DNA of 32,000 nucleotides from an uncultured archaeon. GTDB taxonomy: Archaea > Asgardarchaeota > Jordiarchaeia > Jordiarchaeales > Jordiarchaeaceae. This document shows, piece by piece, positions 9,267 to 18,967 of this stretch; position 1 is the stretch's first letter, and every line of letters begins with the position of its first letter. The stretch lies in assembly GCA_964510585.1 (NCBI GenBank), contig CAZECW010000126.1, positions 1 through 32,000 on the forward strand, in the 5' to 3' direction. Under the pieces are notes generated by a model that was given only the letters and a program-made list of their open reading frames with translations, did not search any database and was not told where the DNA came from. A program made the translations under genes and the position numbers.

Positions 9267-10208
9267 TTAGGAATGGATACTATAAAGTTTAGCTGCCGCC
9301 TTGCCCATTATTATTTCTATTTCTTTTGGGCTGAACTCTATTCCTGTAGGTGATTTGGGGGTCTTTACCGCATTCACCCAGTCTTTGAGGGGCATTAGTA
9401 CGTTAAGCATAGAACCGTCAGTTCCAAACAGAACTCTCCAGGGCCCAATTAGATCAATGGCCATTCTTAATGGGTACCAAAGATAATCGGGGTTGCTAGT
9501 ATAGAGGGGTTGCCATCCCGAGAAATCCAAATAAATGTTTGGTTTCATAGTAGCAATGTCTACCGCTTCCCTCCACCAGCCATGCCCCATGTGCGCAATA
9601 ATTATTTTGAGTTCTGGGAAGTCAGCGGCAATGGTGTCAATGTATTTAGGCTGCGAATACTTTACCGCCATGGGGGCTGGCTCATTCCCAGAGTGAATCA
9701 ATACCGGCACACCATATTCTTGAGCCCGTTCATAAATAGGATAACAAATAGGATCGTCTGGATAAAACCCTGCAGTTGGATGTATTTTTAATCCCTTCAT
9801 TCCCCACTCTTCAATACCTTTTTCAAATAATCTTAAAGCATCCCTTCTTCGAGGATCAATCCCAAAAAGAGAAAGTAGGCGGTTGGGATATCTTTCAGTA
9901 GCCTCAGCATAAATTCTATTCTTCTCCTCCATAGTTAAACAAGCCCCAGATGCTTTTGGATACTTGAGCCAGAAGTCAAGAGGAAGAAGTATAGCTTTAT
10001 CAACACCCGCCTCATTCATCGCCGCCACCAATTTATCACCTGTCCTGTCACTCAGGATACCCAAAAAATACTTGTAAAGCTCCACAGGATCGGAATACTC
10101 ACCAGTCTCCTTACCAAAAAGGGCAGACGCGACTCGAGCACAACCCACAAAAAATTCTTCGGGGTCAGAACCTTCAAAAAACAAGTGAACATGACTATCA
10201 ACAATCAA
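9267..10208 (-). CDS. Amidohydrolase family protein (amidohydro_2 type)
   Basis: IVDSHVH (DxHxH), GLKIHP, IHSG, IIAHMGH, VLFGTDG. TTG start. Confidence 0.9.
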   Translation of the reverse strand: MIVDSHVHLFFEGSDPEEFFVGCARVASALFGKETGEYSDPVELYKYFLGILSDRTGDKLVAAMNEAGVDKAILLPLDFWLKYPKASGACLTMEEKNRIYAEATERYPNRLLSLFGIDPRRRDALRLFEKGIEEWGMKGLKIHPTAGFYPDDPICYPIYERAQEYGVPVLIHSGNEPAPMAVKYSQPKYIDTIAADFPELKIIIAHMGHGWWREAVDIATMKPNIYLDFSGWQPLYTSNPDYLWYPLRMAIDLIGPWRVLFGTDGSMLNVLMPLKDWVNAVKTPKSPTGIEFSPKEIEIIMGKAAAKLYSIHS

Positions 10209-10357
10209 AAACCATCACCACCAAAGTCACATCAAACAGTATCCCAATACAAATATGAAATAATAACGTTATTCACAAAACTCCCTAAAAAACTAACGTA
10301 AAAAATTCCTTACAGCCCAAATTAATCATAAATATAAATAGTTAGAAGGGATTGGAC

Positions 10358-10485
10358 TGCGGCTGCCGGGAATTTCGAAAAAGGGGGGCCCTCTTTTTTT
10401 CGAACCCGGGTTACTGGCTTGGGAGGCCAATGTCCTAGACCAGAATGTCCAATAGTTACCCATACTATTTCTGGACTACAGCCGC
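10358..10485 (-). tRNA. tRNA-Gly(CCC), introns at 15/16 (10445-10470) and 59/60 (10372-10398), CCA not encoded
   Basis: Acceptor GCGGCTG/CAGCCGC, anticodon arm TTGGC-CTCCCAA-GCCAG. BHB helices GTCC/GGAC and TTCG/CGAA. Spliced product (75 nt) matches the architecture of the Gly(TCC) gene in this window. Confidence 0.92.
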
Positions 10486-10572
10486 TCATTGTTGTTTTGA
10501 ACTTGGTTTCATAAATTTTTTTTGGTATTCCTTTTGCATTTGCGAGAGTGACTTGTATGGCTTCAAAAATTG

Positions 10573-10599
10573 AAAAAGAGGGCTATTATTGCCCTCTTT
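10573..10599 (-). terminator. Hairpin plus T-run, possible terminator downstream of EF-2
   Basis: Minus strand AAAGAGGGC-AATAATA-GCCCTCTTT followed by TT: 9-bp perfect stem about 160 nt after the EF-2 stop. Confidence 0.35.
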
Positions 10600-10760
10600 A
10601 TGGCGAACGCCGAGCACCTAACTAACCTGAAACAAATCACATTCCCTAAAAAATACATAACCAAGCAGATCTACATAAGCTAGGTCCTTTTCTTGGTTTA
10701 ATAAAGAAACAAAACGTTCTGGTTGTTTCAGCTTTTTATTACCTTTATGAAAATAGGGGT

Positions 10761-12962
10761 TTAGAGTGTGTCTATGTATTCTGAAGCTTCTGGTGGTTCT
10801 GGTTTAAGTCCTTTTCTCTTGCGGATTTCTGCTATTACTTCTTTCGCTAAGCTTTTCGGTAATGCTTCCCATCTTGTGAATTGTGTTTGCCAGAAGGCTC
10901 TTCCGGAGGTTTTCGAACGCATGTCGTTAGCTAGTCCAAATGTTTCTCTAACTGGTATTTCTCCCGTTATGAAGGTTAGTGGGCCCTTCTGCTGCACATC
11001 GATTACGCGGCCTCGTCTCTGTGATAGTATGCCTGAAACCGTGCCTATGTAATCCTGGGGAATAGTGATTTGGATTTTGTAAATGGGTTCCAATAATGTG
11101 GGTTCGTCGCTTAGAAACGCGCCCCATATTGCCCTTCTAGTCATGGGCATTATTTGGGCTGGGCCTCTGTGAATGGGGTCTTCGTGGAGCTGGCAGTCTG
11201 TTATGTTAATTCTTATACCTCTTATTGGTTCCTCGGCTAACGGGCCTGCCTCAGTAGCCCACCTGGCTCCTGCTATCATGGTGTCTTTAACTTCTCTCAA
11301 ATATTGAACTCCTTTAGTTTGGTCTACAATTATGTTCACGTGTTCATCTATCGCCCATACGTTTCTTGCGTCCTTAGCATCCCAACCAGCCTTTTCTCTC
11401 AGAATTTTGGTTCTAGTAGCTGCGTCCTGATATTCAGATATTTCCCCATTGACTATAAGATCAATGGTCTCTTGGTTAAGCGGTTCTACAGTTATCCAAA
11501 CTCTACTATGCTTGTTAGGGCTTTTACCCAGTATTGGACCAGCAGGACTGGTGACTGTTTCGCGATAAACAACTATGGGCTGGGAGGTCACTACATCCAC
11601 CGCTGACTGTATTTCCTTCACTGAGATTTCAAGATGAAGTTCACCCATTCCCGACAACAGGTACTCGCCAGTTTCTTGATTAATAGTAGTCACAAGGTTG
11701 GGGTCTTGAATGGACAATTTTTGCATCAGGTCAATGAGCTTCGGTAAGTCCTTAGGATGTTTCGGCTCAACAGCTATCGTGATTACAGGTTCTGAAACAT
11801 ACTTGATTTTTTCAAAAGGAACCATCTGATCTTTTATGCTTTCACTAACCACTGTTTCACCAGCCCTAGCAATGTCCAAACCCAATAAAGCTGCTATGTT
11901 GCCTGCTGGGATGGTGTCCACAATTTCTCGTCGAGCACCCATGTAAATACTCGTCTGTTGCACACGGTAACCTTTCTTACCCATAAGAAGATAGACATTG
12001 TCCCCTTCACTTATAGTTCCAGAAAAAACTCTTCCAGTTGAAACAATTCCCGCATGTGGATCCACAACAACTTTATTGAGACATATCACAGTCGGTGCAT
12101 TTTCATCACAGGCCTTCATAGCTTTTCCAATTTCGCTCTCTGGATCACCAAGCCAAATCTTGGGAATTCGATAAGGCTGAGCCTCTAAGGGGTTAGGCAA
12201 GTGGTTCACAAACATATCCAAAATTGCTGAGTGTACAGGAAGTATCTCCTTCAAATCTTCAAAATGCTCATTACTATAATACGCAACAATATCACTGAAC
12301 TTTAACCCCTTCTCCTGCATCTGAGGGATGGTAAAACCCCAACCGTGAAGCGCAGAACCAAAAGCAACAGAACCCGCTGCAGGATTCACCTTCCACTTAT
12401 CCTTAAACTCCTTTTCCCCATAAGTATCTATGAGCCCATTGAAATCCCTTATTATCCTATTAAGCTTCTCCTGCACCTGAGGAGCATCCAACTTAAGCTC
12501 CCGAATCAAACGATCAATCTTGTTAATAAAAAGCACAGGTTTAACCCTTTCCCCTAATGCCTGCCTAGTCACCGTCTCTGTCTGAACCATCACCTCCTCA
12601 ACAGCATCAACCACCACAAGCGCACCATCAATAGCACGAAGCGCCCGCGTAACATTACCAGTAAAATCAACATGGCCCGGTGTATCAATAAGGTTGATGA
12701 CGTATGATTTCCCCTCGATATCGTGTAGGAGGGAAATGTTTGCAGCCTTTATTGTTATGCCTCTTTTCTGTTCTTCTTCCAAGTAGTCTAGTGCCCTTGC
12801 TTCTCCTGCGATGCTGGGAGATAGTAACCCTGCCTCTGCCAATAATGAGTCGGAAAGAGTTGTTTTACCGTGGTCAATGTGTGCAATTATTCCCGTATTT
12901 CTTATGTGTTCCTTGTCTCTCATTAGCTTCAATATTTCCTCGGTTTGTTTGAATCTTGGCAT
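10761..12962 (-). CDS. fusA: Translation elongation factor 2 (aEF-2)
   Basis: AHIDHGKTT, RGITI, DTPGH, NKID, GSAL, GMGELHLE; diphthamide loop HEDPIHRGPAQ intact. ATG 12962 follows SD GAGGTG (ORF track uses GTG 12971). Confidence 0.98.
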   Translation of the reverse strand: MPRFKQTEEILKLMRDKEHIRNTGIIAHIDHGKTTLSDSLLAEAGLLSPSIAGEARALDYLEEEQKRGITIKAANISLLHDIEGKSYVINLIDTPGHVDFTGNVTRALRAIDGALVVVDAVEEVMVQTETVTRQALGERVKPVLFINKIDRLIRELKLDAPQVQEKLNRIIRDFNGLIDTYGEKEFKDKWKVNPAAGSVAFGSALHGWGFTIPQMQEKGLKFSDIVAYYSNEHFEDLKEILPVHSAILDMFVNHLPNPLEAQPYRIPKIWLGDPESEIGKAMKACDENAPTVICLNKVVVDPHAGIVSTGRVFSGTISEGDNVYLLMGKKGYRVQQTSIYMGARREIVDTIPAGNIAALLGLDIARAGETVVSESIKDQMVPFEKIKYVSEPVITIAVEPKHPKDLPKLIDLMQKLSIQDPNLVTTINQETGEYLLSGMGELHLEISVKEIQSAVDVVTSQPIVVYRETVTSPAGPILGKSPNKHSRVWITVEPLNQETIDLIVNGEISEYQDAATRTKILREKAGWDAKDARNVWAIDEHVNIIVDQTKGVQYLREVKDTMIAGARWATEAGPLAEEPIRGIRINITDCQLHEDPIHRGPAQIMPMTRRAIWGAFLSDEPTLLEPIYKIQITIPQDYIGTVSGILSQRRGRVIDVQQKGPLTFITGEIPVRETFGLANDMRSKTSGRAFWQTQFTRWEALPKSLAKEVIAEIRKRKGLKPEPPEASEYIDTL

Positions 12963-13477
12963 TACTAACACCTCATAGCGTTGAGCGTCTTGGCATTCTA
13001 AGCGTAGTGAGTTATACTAAAGATTTTTGTGGAATTCTACATTTTTTATAAATATCCTTAGAAACCCAATTATGGTAAGCAACGCCTAGAAAAATGCCTC
13101 ATATTTTTATTTCATAACACCTAAAATAGTAATAGCTTCCCGATTTATGTTTTACTCATTTATATTTTTTGCTAATGGGATTGCCGATAGCACGAACATT
13201 TACTCAACTCTTCCTAGAGATTTTCCTGAGTACCTTTTGGCATAAAGGAACAGATATGCATTTTTAGTGTCTAGTTGGGTGTTTGTATTTTTGTTTATGG
13301 GTTGTATATAAAATCGGGTTATACGTTAGTTTGCAAATAAGTCTCAATAGAAGAGTTAAAAGAACTTCTACATATAAAGGCACGACTATTAAATTGGGTT
13401 AAGAAAATGTTGAAAAACTTTTTATACTGTGCCTCGCTCTTCAACTCATCTAATTCAGTACATTGGAGGAGTTCTCA

Positions 13478-13816
13478 GTGACTGCAGTGTCGCTAGAGGT
13501 ACGGTGTGAGGTTGAACAGGCCGGCGAGTACCAAAAATATGAATACCTTGTATATGATATCTATGGAATTGGGGTTATTGGTTACGGAGTTGTTTACCAA
13601 AAAGGAAATAACGCGGAGATAAAGATTATAAACGTTGACCGCTTCCACAGAGGAGAAGGCATCGGAAGTTCATTGCTTCAGAGGATAATTAGTGATCATT
13701 CGGAGAGAACCATCTATGTAAGGACCTTTGAATCGCTTGTTCCTTGGTACGAGAAATTTGGCTTCAAACTATACTCCGAACCATTATTATTAGTGAGACC
13801 TTCATCTGTGGTTTAG
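13478..13816 (+). CDS. GNAT family N-acetyltransferase
   Basis: VDRFHRGEGIGSSLL (acetyl-CoA motif A) and WYEKFGF. GTG 13478 lies 8 nt after GGAGG. Confidence 0.85.
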   Translation: MTAVSLEVRCEVEQAGEYQKYEYLVYDIYGIGVIGYGVVYQKGNNAEIKIINVDRFHRGEGIGSSLLQRIISDHSERTIYVRTFESLVPWYEKFGFKLYSEPLLLVRPSSVV

Positions 13817-14184
13817 AATGGGCCACCACACTCTCCCATAGAAGAAGTAAGAAAGTGTATAGGGCTATTTTAGTGGGTCTTTACCAGTAAAAAATCAGGT
13901 ACAAGACCTTCCCCCTTTTCTTTTATTTTGTCCCATTTATTACATATTTTTGGCGAATATCTTTTTCCAAATTCTGCTTCCTTTAAACTATATTTCCCGA
14001 AAACCCAGCTAGAAAGGGCCTCCCTCAACTTGCTAATTTTTTAGAAACCGGGGAGATGTGGACAAAGTACAACCTATTTTTTAATCTTCTTTAAATTGAA
14101 GGTGATTCTGGGTTCTCCTCCTTCTTTTTTTGCATTTTTCAAAACTATATTTTTCGCTGGGCTTATTTAAGATGTGTTCAGGTA

Positions 14185-14778
14185 TTATTCTGATTCGCAG
14201 ACTCCTTCTTTTGCCAATCGGGAAAGTTCTTCTCGTCCTTGTATGAACCCTCGGGCGATTAGGGTGTCTTTTTCTTTTAGTTTGAATGAATCGGGCGGGT
14301 TATAGTACCATTTCTTGCCCCTACGGACTGCTATTATTCGCATCCCTATTTTATCATCCAGTGCAGCTTTTCCTATCGTCTTATTTACGAGGGGGGAATC
14401 CTTATTGAGGCAAACTCGGGTTATTGTTTCCTCTGCCTGCTCAAAAACCAGTTTCAAAACTGGGTGGGGCTCAATACCTCTCAGAACTATGTCTGCTATG
14501 TATGCTGCGGCGTCAGCTATATTTTCTGATGCTACTCCAATTCTGATTAATCCCAGCTTTGTTTGTGGATTAATTAATTCGTCTTTAATATTCAGAACAG
14601 CTAGTTCAAAATCTACGTGTAATTTATCAAAAAACTTTTCCAGATTGGAAAGCTCCTCCGCTATTTCTTTGCTGTTAAAGAGAAGGGCAGAGTAGGCCAA
14701 ATCCACCATCAGTTCCGAGGTGTTCTTCATCTCAACCAACATATCCTCTATCGATTTTAACCTCTGTTCAGACTTCAT
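14185..14778 (-). CDS. PhoU plus TrkA-C domain protein (paralog 2)
   Basis: EMKNTSELMVDLAYSAL, ENIADAA, and TrkA-C IGMRIIAVRRG...D.LIARG. Confidence 0.88.
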   Translation of the reverse strand: MKSEQRLKSIEDMLVEMKNTSELMVDLAYSALLFNSKEIAEELSNLEKFFDKLHVDFELAVLNIKDELINPQTKLGLIRIGVASENIADAAAYIADIVLRGIEPHPVLKLVFEQAEETITRVCLNKDSPLVNKTIGKAALDDKIGMRIIAVRRGKKWYYNPPDSFKLKEKDTLIARGFIQGREELSRLAKEGVCESE

Positions 14779-14780
14779 TT

Positions 14781-15389
14781 TTACTCTTCCCCTCCCAATA
14801 ATTTACCCGCCGCAAGAGCTTTAAACCTTTCAATACCCACATCTGAACCCCGGGCTATTACCACATCACCGGGCTCCAACATAAATTTCTCATCAGGATT
14901 AATAATTAACCTTTTCCCACGCCTAAGCGCTATAATATCCACACCCACACGGTCAACCCTACCAAGCATATCTAATGTTTTATTAACAATCGAGGAATTT
15001 TCAGAAACCTTAACACGCGCCAAACGTTCTTCAGCCTTAACAAAAGCACTTATCACCAGTCGAGGATCAGCCCCACGAAGTATCGTTGCCGCAATGTCCC
15101 CAGCAGCATCAGAAATTTTATCTGTCGCTGAGGCAACCTTCATAATACCCACAATCTGCTCCGCATCGTTCTTGTCCCTCACAGCAAGAGCCGCATTCAT
15201 AAGAAGCAGATAGCTGAGCGAATCTATTCGCTCCTCCAGCTCCAGGACTTCCTCTACCAATTCAGAATCATTAAACATTATAGCGGAATAAGCCAAATCA
15301 ATCATTAACTCAGAAATATCCTTCATCTCGGTAAGAAGTTCCCTCACACTCAGTGGCTTATACTCTATCTCTTCCTCTTCATCTGCCAC
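14781..15389 (-). CDS. PhoU plus TrkA-C domain protein (paralog 1)
   Basis: EMKDISELMIDLAYSA, DKISDAAGDIA, and VGVDIIALRRG...GDVVIARG. Confidence 0.88.
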   Translation of the reverse strand: MADEEEEIEYKPLSVRELLTEMKDISELMIDLAYSAIMFNDSELVEEVLELEERIDSLSYLLLMNAALAVRDKNDAEQIVGIMKVASATDKISDAAGDIAATILRGADPRLVISAFVKAEERLARVKVSENSSIVNKTLDMLGRVDRVGVDIIALRRGKRLIINPDEKFMLEPGDVVIARGSDVGIERFKALAAGKLLGGEE

Positions 15390-15786
15390 TAGTTAATCCT
15401 CCTACAAAATGACAAAACAACAATACAACCACTTGAAGCCAATTTTATTTATTGCAGTCTCACGTATAAAAACAAGTAACAACAAAATAAAAGTTTCCTC
15501 AAAACACTCAAGAATGCCTTTACCTGTTTTAGAAAATCATTCGGCACTAACCCAAATACATACTATACAACAATTTTAGAATTATTCCTCATAATTATCA
15601 AATAAAGTGAAATTATCACAAAAATAGTAAAATAGCCGATTTTCACCCTCAAACTAGAAAGAAAAATTAAAAGGCGCTTATCACCCCTTCACTGTATAGA
15701 ACTGTTAAATGATGAATCAAGCCCAATACATTACTCTTCAAAAAACGCATCACTCTCCAATAAATTTTTTATTAGGTGATTTCGCG

Positions 15787-16965
15787 ATGACCATAGTTTC
15801 AATAGTAAAAACCAATGGAAATGTTGAAGAAGGCGTCAGAAAAGCGGTAGAATTAGCAGGCGGCATCGACATAGAACCTGGCGCAAACATCCTCATAAAA
15901 CCCAACCTCAGCTGCGCCAAACCATCAGGAAGCGGCCTAGTCACAAGCGTCGAAGTCATCTCCGCTATGGTAAGACTGGTAAAAGAGATGGGAGGCAAAC
16001 CCCTAGTCGGAGACCTACCAATCGCCGGCTGGGACCCAAAGGAAACATACAAAGTAACCGGAGTCAAAAAAGCAACAGAAGATGCCGGCGGACAATTCAT
16101 CGACTTCAGCAAAGATCAACCCGTAACCATACAAATCCCAGATGCCGTAAAACTAAAAAGCGTAAAGCTAGTACGCACCGCACTCATCGCCGACGCCATA
16201 ATCTCCCTACCCGTCCTCAAAGCACATTTCTTCACAGGACTAACATTATGCATCAAAAACCTAAAAGGACTCACACTACAGGACCAAAGAACAAAAATGC
16301 ATGTCCTAGGCCTATACGACCCTATAATTGACCTCTTTTCAGCTCTGAAAAGCAAGGTGATATTTGGATTAGTAGACGGCACGGTGGGCTGCGAATCAAT
16401 AAGACCCTCCGGACCATACTACGGCCCCACCGAAGGAAAACCCATAAAACTTGATACCCTCATAGCAGGAAAGGACATCGTGGCAGTCGACAGTGTAGCG
16501 GCAGTAACTGCAGGAATAAAGCCCAAAAGCATGAAACTACTCCAAATCGCCTATGAGAGGGGACTAGGAGAAATAGAAGACATAGAAGTAAGAGGAGAAA
16601 AAATAAAGCCCCAAAAACTGAAACAAACCCTATTTGGGCGAGTCATGGGCAGTCTAAACAGCCTGTGGACGTCCAAAATTGCCAACCCCATAACTCACCC
16701 CCTAGTAAAGCGCCTTTTTGGACCACAGGTGCAAAGTCTACGATCCGTTGAAAAAGAACTCCAAGAAGTCGTTCCCAGCAAAATAGTGCTAGCCGGCAAA
16801 TGTGACAATTGCGGAATATGCGTCAAGAGCTGCAGCATAGGCAACATAAAACTGGGCAAAAACGGACCAATAATAGGCGATAAATGCTTGGTGTGCTTAA
16901 TATGCGTTGAAGCATGCCCTCTAAATGCTTTGGCGGTTAAAAGGGTTGAGGAGGTTTCAGCTTAG
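15787..16965 (+). CDS. DUF362 protein with C-terminal 2x[4Fe-4S] ferredoxin domain
   Basis: ILIKPNL, ISLPVLKAH, LCIKNLKG, DIVAVDS, CDNCGICVKSC, CLVCLICVEACP. ATG 15787 after AGGTGAT. Confidence 0.9.
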   Translation: MTIVSIVKTNGNVEEGVRKAVELAGGIDIEPGANILIKPNLSCAKPSGSGLVTSVEVISAMVRLVKEMGGKPLVGDLPIAGWDPKETYKVTGVKKATEDAGGQFIDFSKDQPVTIQIPDAVKLKSVKLVRTALIADAIISLPVLKAHFFTGLTLCIKNLKGLTLQDQRTKMHVLGLYDPIIDLFSALKSKVIFGLVDGTVGCESIRPSGPYYGPTEGKPIKLDTLIAGKDIVAVDSVAAVTAGIKPKSMKLLQIAYERGLGEIEDIEVRGEKIKPQKLKQTLFGRVMGSLNSLWTSKIANPITHPLVKRLFGPQVQSLRSVEKELQEVVPSKIVLAGKCDNCGICVKSCSIGNIKLGKNGPIIGDKCLVCLICVEACPLNALAVKRVEEVSA

Positions 16966-18363
16966 TAGCCAGTTGGGTTTTCCTAGATAGTATTTTGTTA
17001 AAAATTCGGCGAAGTCCGGATTTTGGAGGTAGATGTTGGATATTTCTGTGTTTAGGAGGATTTCGAATTTTTGGGAGATTTTTTCTGCGATGTATTTTCC
17101 GAGGCCTAGTGTTTTTATTTTGTTGCGGATTTCGTGGTCTAGTAGTTTGTCGGCTCTAGTGTGTTGGCGTAGGAGTTCTACTATCCATTTTCCATTTTCT
17201 ATTCGGGGTCCGGATACTGTTTTGTCTGATTTGGTGTGTTTTTTTAGGAAGGGGGGTTGGCCGATGCTTCCGGGTGGGGGGCCTAGATGTTTGTATGTTT
17301 TGGGGATTGTTATGCTTTCAAACTCTAGTATTAGGATTGTTTTTTCTTCTCCGGACCAGGCGTCTTTGTTGATTATTTTGAAGTCTTTGGATTCTAGGAA
17401 GTTTTTGAGGGCGTCGAGGGATTTGTAGATTTGGCCCCATAGGGTGTCTGGTGGGATTTTGGGTGTTTCGAATGTTAGGAATAGGGTGTCGGTTCCTTTT
17501 TTGTCGTGGAGGTTTTGGAGTTCTTCAGGGCTGAAGGGTTTGATTTTGTTTGGGAAAAAGAAGGTTTCTCGTGGTTCTTCTAGGAAGGCTTTTGATGCTG
17601 CTTTGAATTCTCCGATTTTTTGTTTGGTTAGTGCTGCGGAGACATTTCTTTTGGGGTCTACTGGGTCAATTACCACTAGTGGTTCGGAAAAAATTTTTTT
17701 AATTTCTTTGGTGTTGGTGTAGTGGTTTTCTATGTCTATGATGTGTTGTGGTTTCCATTTGATGCATTCCTCGAGGAGGCGTGGGAAGGATGAGTAGTGC
17801 ATCATCAAGATTTCGCACAGGTATCCAGAAAATCCTCCAATTCTTATTTCGGCACCATAGGCATTTATTCCCATTAGGAATTGTTTCAGAAGTCTTACTT
17901 CTCTTTTTAAAGATTCGTTAAGATTTTTTTTGATATAGGCGGTGTGGAGTGGGGTTCTGTCAACTGAGGAGACTAGTTCCGTGGCGTCGCTGATCTCGAA
18001 GCTGGGAACGAAATCAACTTGGAACTCCTCTATTTCGGCACGCAGGTATGGGTGTTCGGCATATTTCTCCTCGCCTTTTCCTCCTGTTACTTTTCGCGCA
18101 ATTTTTAATCCTAATTCTCCGATCTCTTTATAGGTGTAGGTTCTCGGAAAAACCATGAAAATATCGATGTCTGGATTTGTTTTTATCCAGGTGTCCTTTG
18201 CTATGGAACCTACAAGTAAGGGATTGACGGTGATGTTTAGATTCACCGCTTCTTCCCTCACCCTTCTAATTAACTCTTGGGATAGGCGTTCTACTTTCAT
18301 TCTATCTTCTGTTGAAGGTGTAATTTTCTTGGATACCTTTTCGCACACTGTTTCTAAATCCAA
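16957..18363 (-). CDS. cca: CCA-adding enzyme (class I)
   Basis: GSIAKDTW...DIDIF, AEHPY, VDFVP, VDRTPLH, GGFSGYLCE, DPVDPKRNV. TTG 18363 after GGGGAT. Confidence 0.97.
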   Translation of the reverse strand: MDLETVCEKVSKKITPSTEDRMKVERLSQELIRRVREEAVNLNITVNPLLVGSIAKDTWIKTNPDIDIFMVFPRTYTYKEIGELGLKIARKVTGGKGEEKYAEHPYLRAEIEEFQVDFVPSFEISDATELVSSVDRTPLHTAYIKKNLNESLKREVRLLKQFLMGINAYGAEIRIGGFSGYLCEILMMHYSSFPRLLEECIKWKPQHIIDIENHYTNTKEIKKIFSEPLVVIDPVDPKRNVSAALTKQKIGEFKAASKAFLEEPRETFFFPNKIKPFSPEELQNLHDKKGTDTLFLTFETPKIPPDTLWGQIYKSLDALKNFLESKDFKIINKDAWSGEEKTILILEFESITIPKTYKHLGPPPGSIGQPPFLKKHTKSDKTVSGPRIENGKWIVELLRQHTRADKLLDHEIRNKIKTLGLGKYIAEKISQKFEILLNTEISNIYLQNPDFAEFLTKYYLGKPNWLLS

Positions 18364-18409
18364 AGTTCGATCCCCAAAAATACACGATACCAATTATAGA
18401 TATTTAGAC

Positions 18410-18967
18410 TTAAGGTACACTTCTTAGTGTACTGTATTTGGGTCCTTTCGGGGTGAGTTTGCTTTCCTTTAAACGAATGGAGTTTACTGTCATGGTTCCG
18501 ATTTCTAGAGATGAAAGGTTGGAAATTAATTTGGCTAGCTTGTCTTTATTATGTACACTTTTCACCCTGGCAATGGTTGCATGTGGGGTGTATTCTCTCC
18601 CTTCGGGTTTAAATTTGAGCTTTCTAATCTGTGTTTCTAAATCGTTGTATATGCGAATAATCTCCTCTTTACCTTTCCGGGCTCCTACCCAAATATTATT
18701 TATTCTGGATAAACTGGGAAAGCAGCCTACTCCATAGAGTTCAAGTTCTATGGGTGTGAATTCAATGCTCTTCATACCTTCGTAAACTTTATCGACCATT
18801 GCAGGACTGATATTATCCAGAAATCTGAGCGTAAAGTGAAGATTTTCTGGTTCCACGAGTTTTAGCTTGGCACCTGTTTTTGCTAGCTCCTGTTGGATAT
18901 CGAGAATTTTTTGAACTAAATTATTATCTTCGATGTCAATCGCTATGAATGCTCTAATGCCTTCCAG
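18410..18967 (-). CDS. thpR: RNA 2',3'-cyclic phosphodiesterase (2H family), probable CTG start
   Basis: Two HxT motifs (LHFTL, PHAT). N-terminal IRAFIAID lies in frame upstream of the GTG used by the ORF track. In-frame TAG at 18982-18980; CTG 18967 is 8 nt after AGGAGG. Confidence 0.92.
   Translation of the reverse strand: MEGIRAFIAIDIEDNNLVQKILDIQQELAKTGAKLKLVEPENLHFTLRFLDNISPAMVDKVYEGMKSIEFTPIELELYGVGCFPSLSRINNIWVGARKGKEEIIRIYNDLETQIRKLKFKPEGREYTPHATIARVKSVHNKDKLAKLISNLSSLEIGTMTVNSIRLKESKLTPKGPKYSTLRSVP

Noticed and set aside
13000-14184. GNAT gene with AT-rich flanks as a mobile insertion
   Set aside because: No terminal inverted repeats, target duplication, integrase or transposase.
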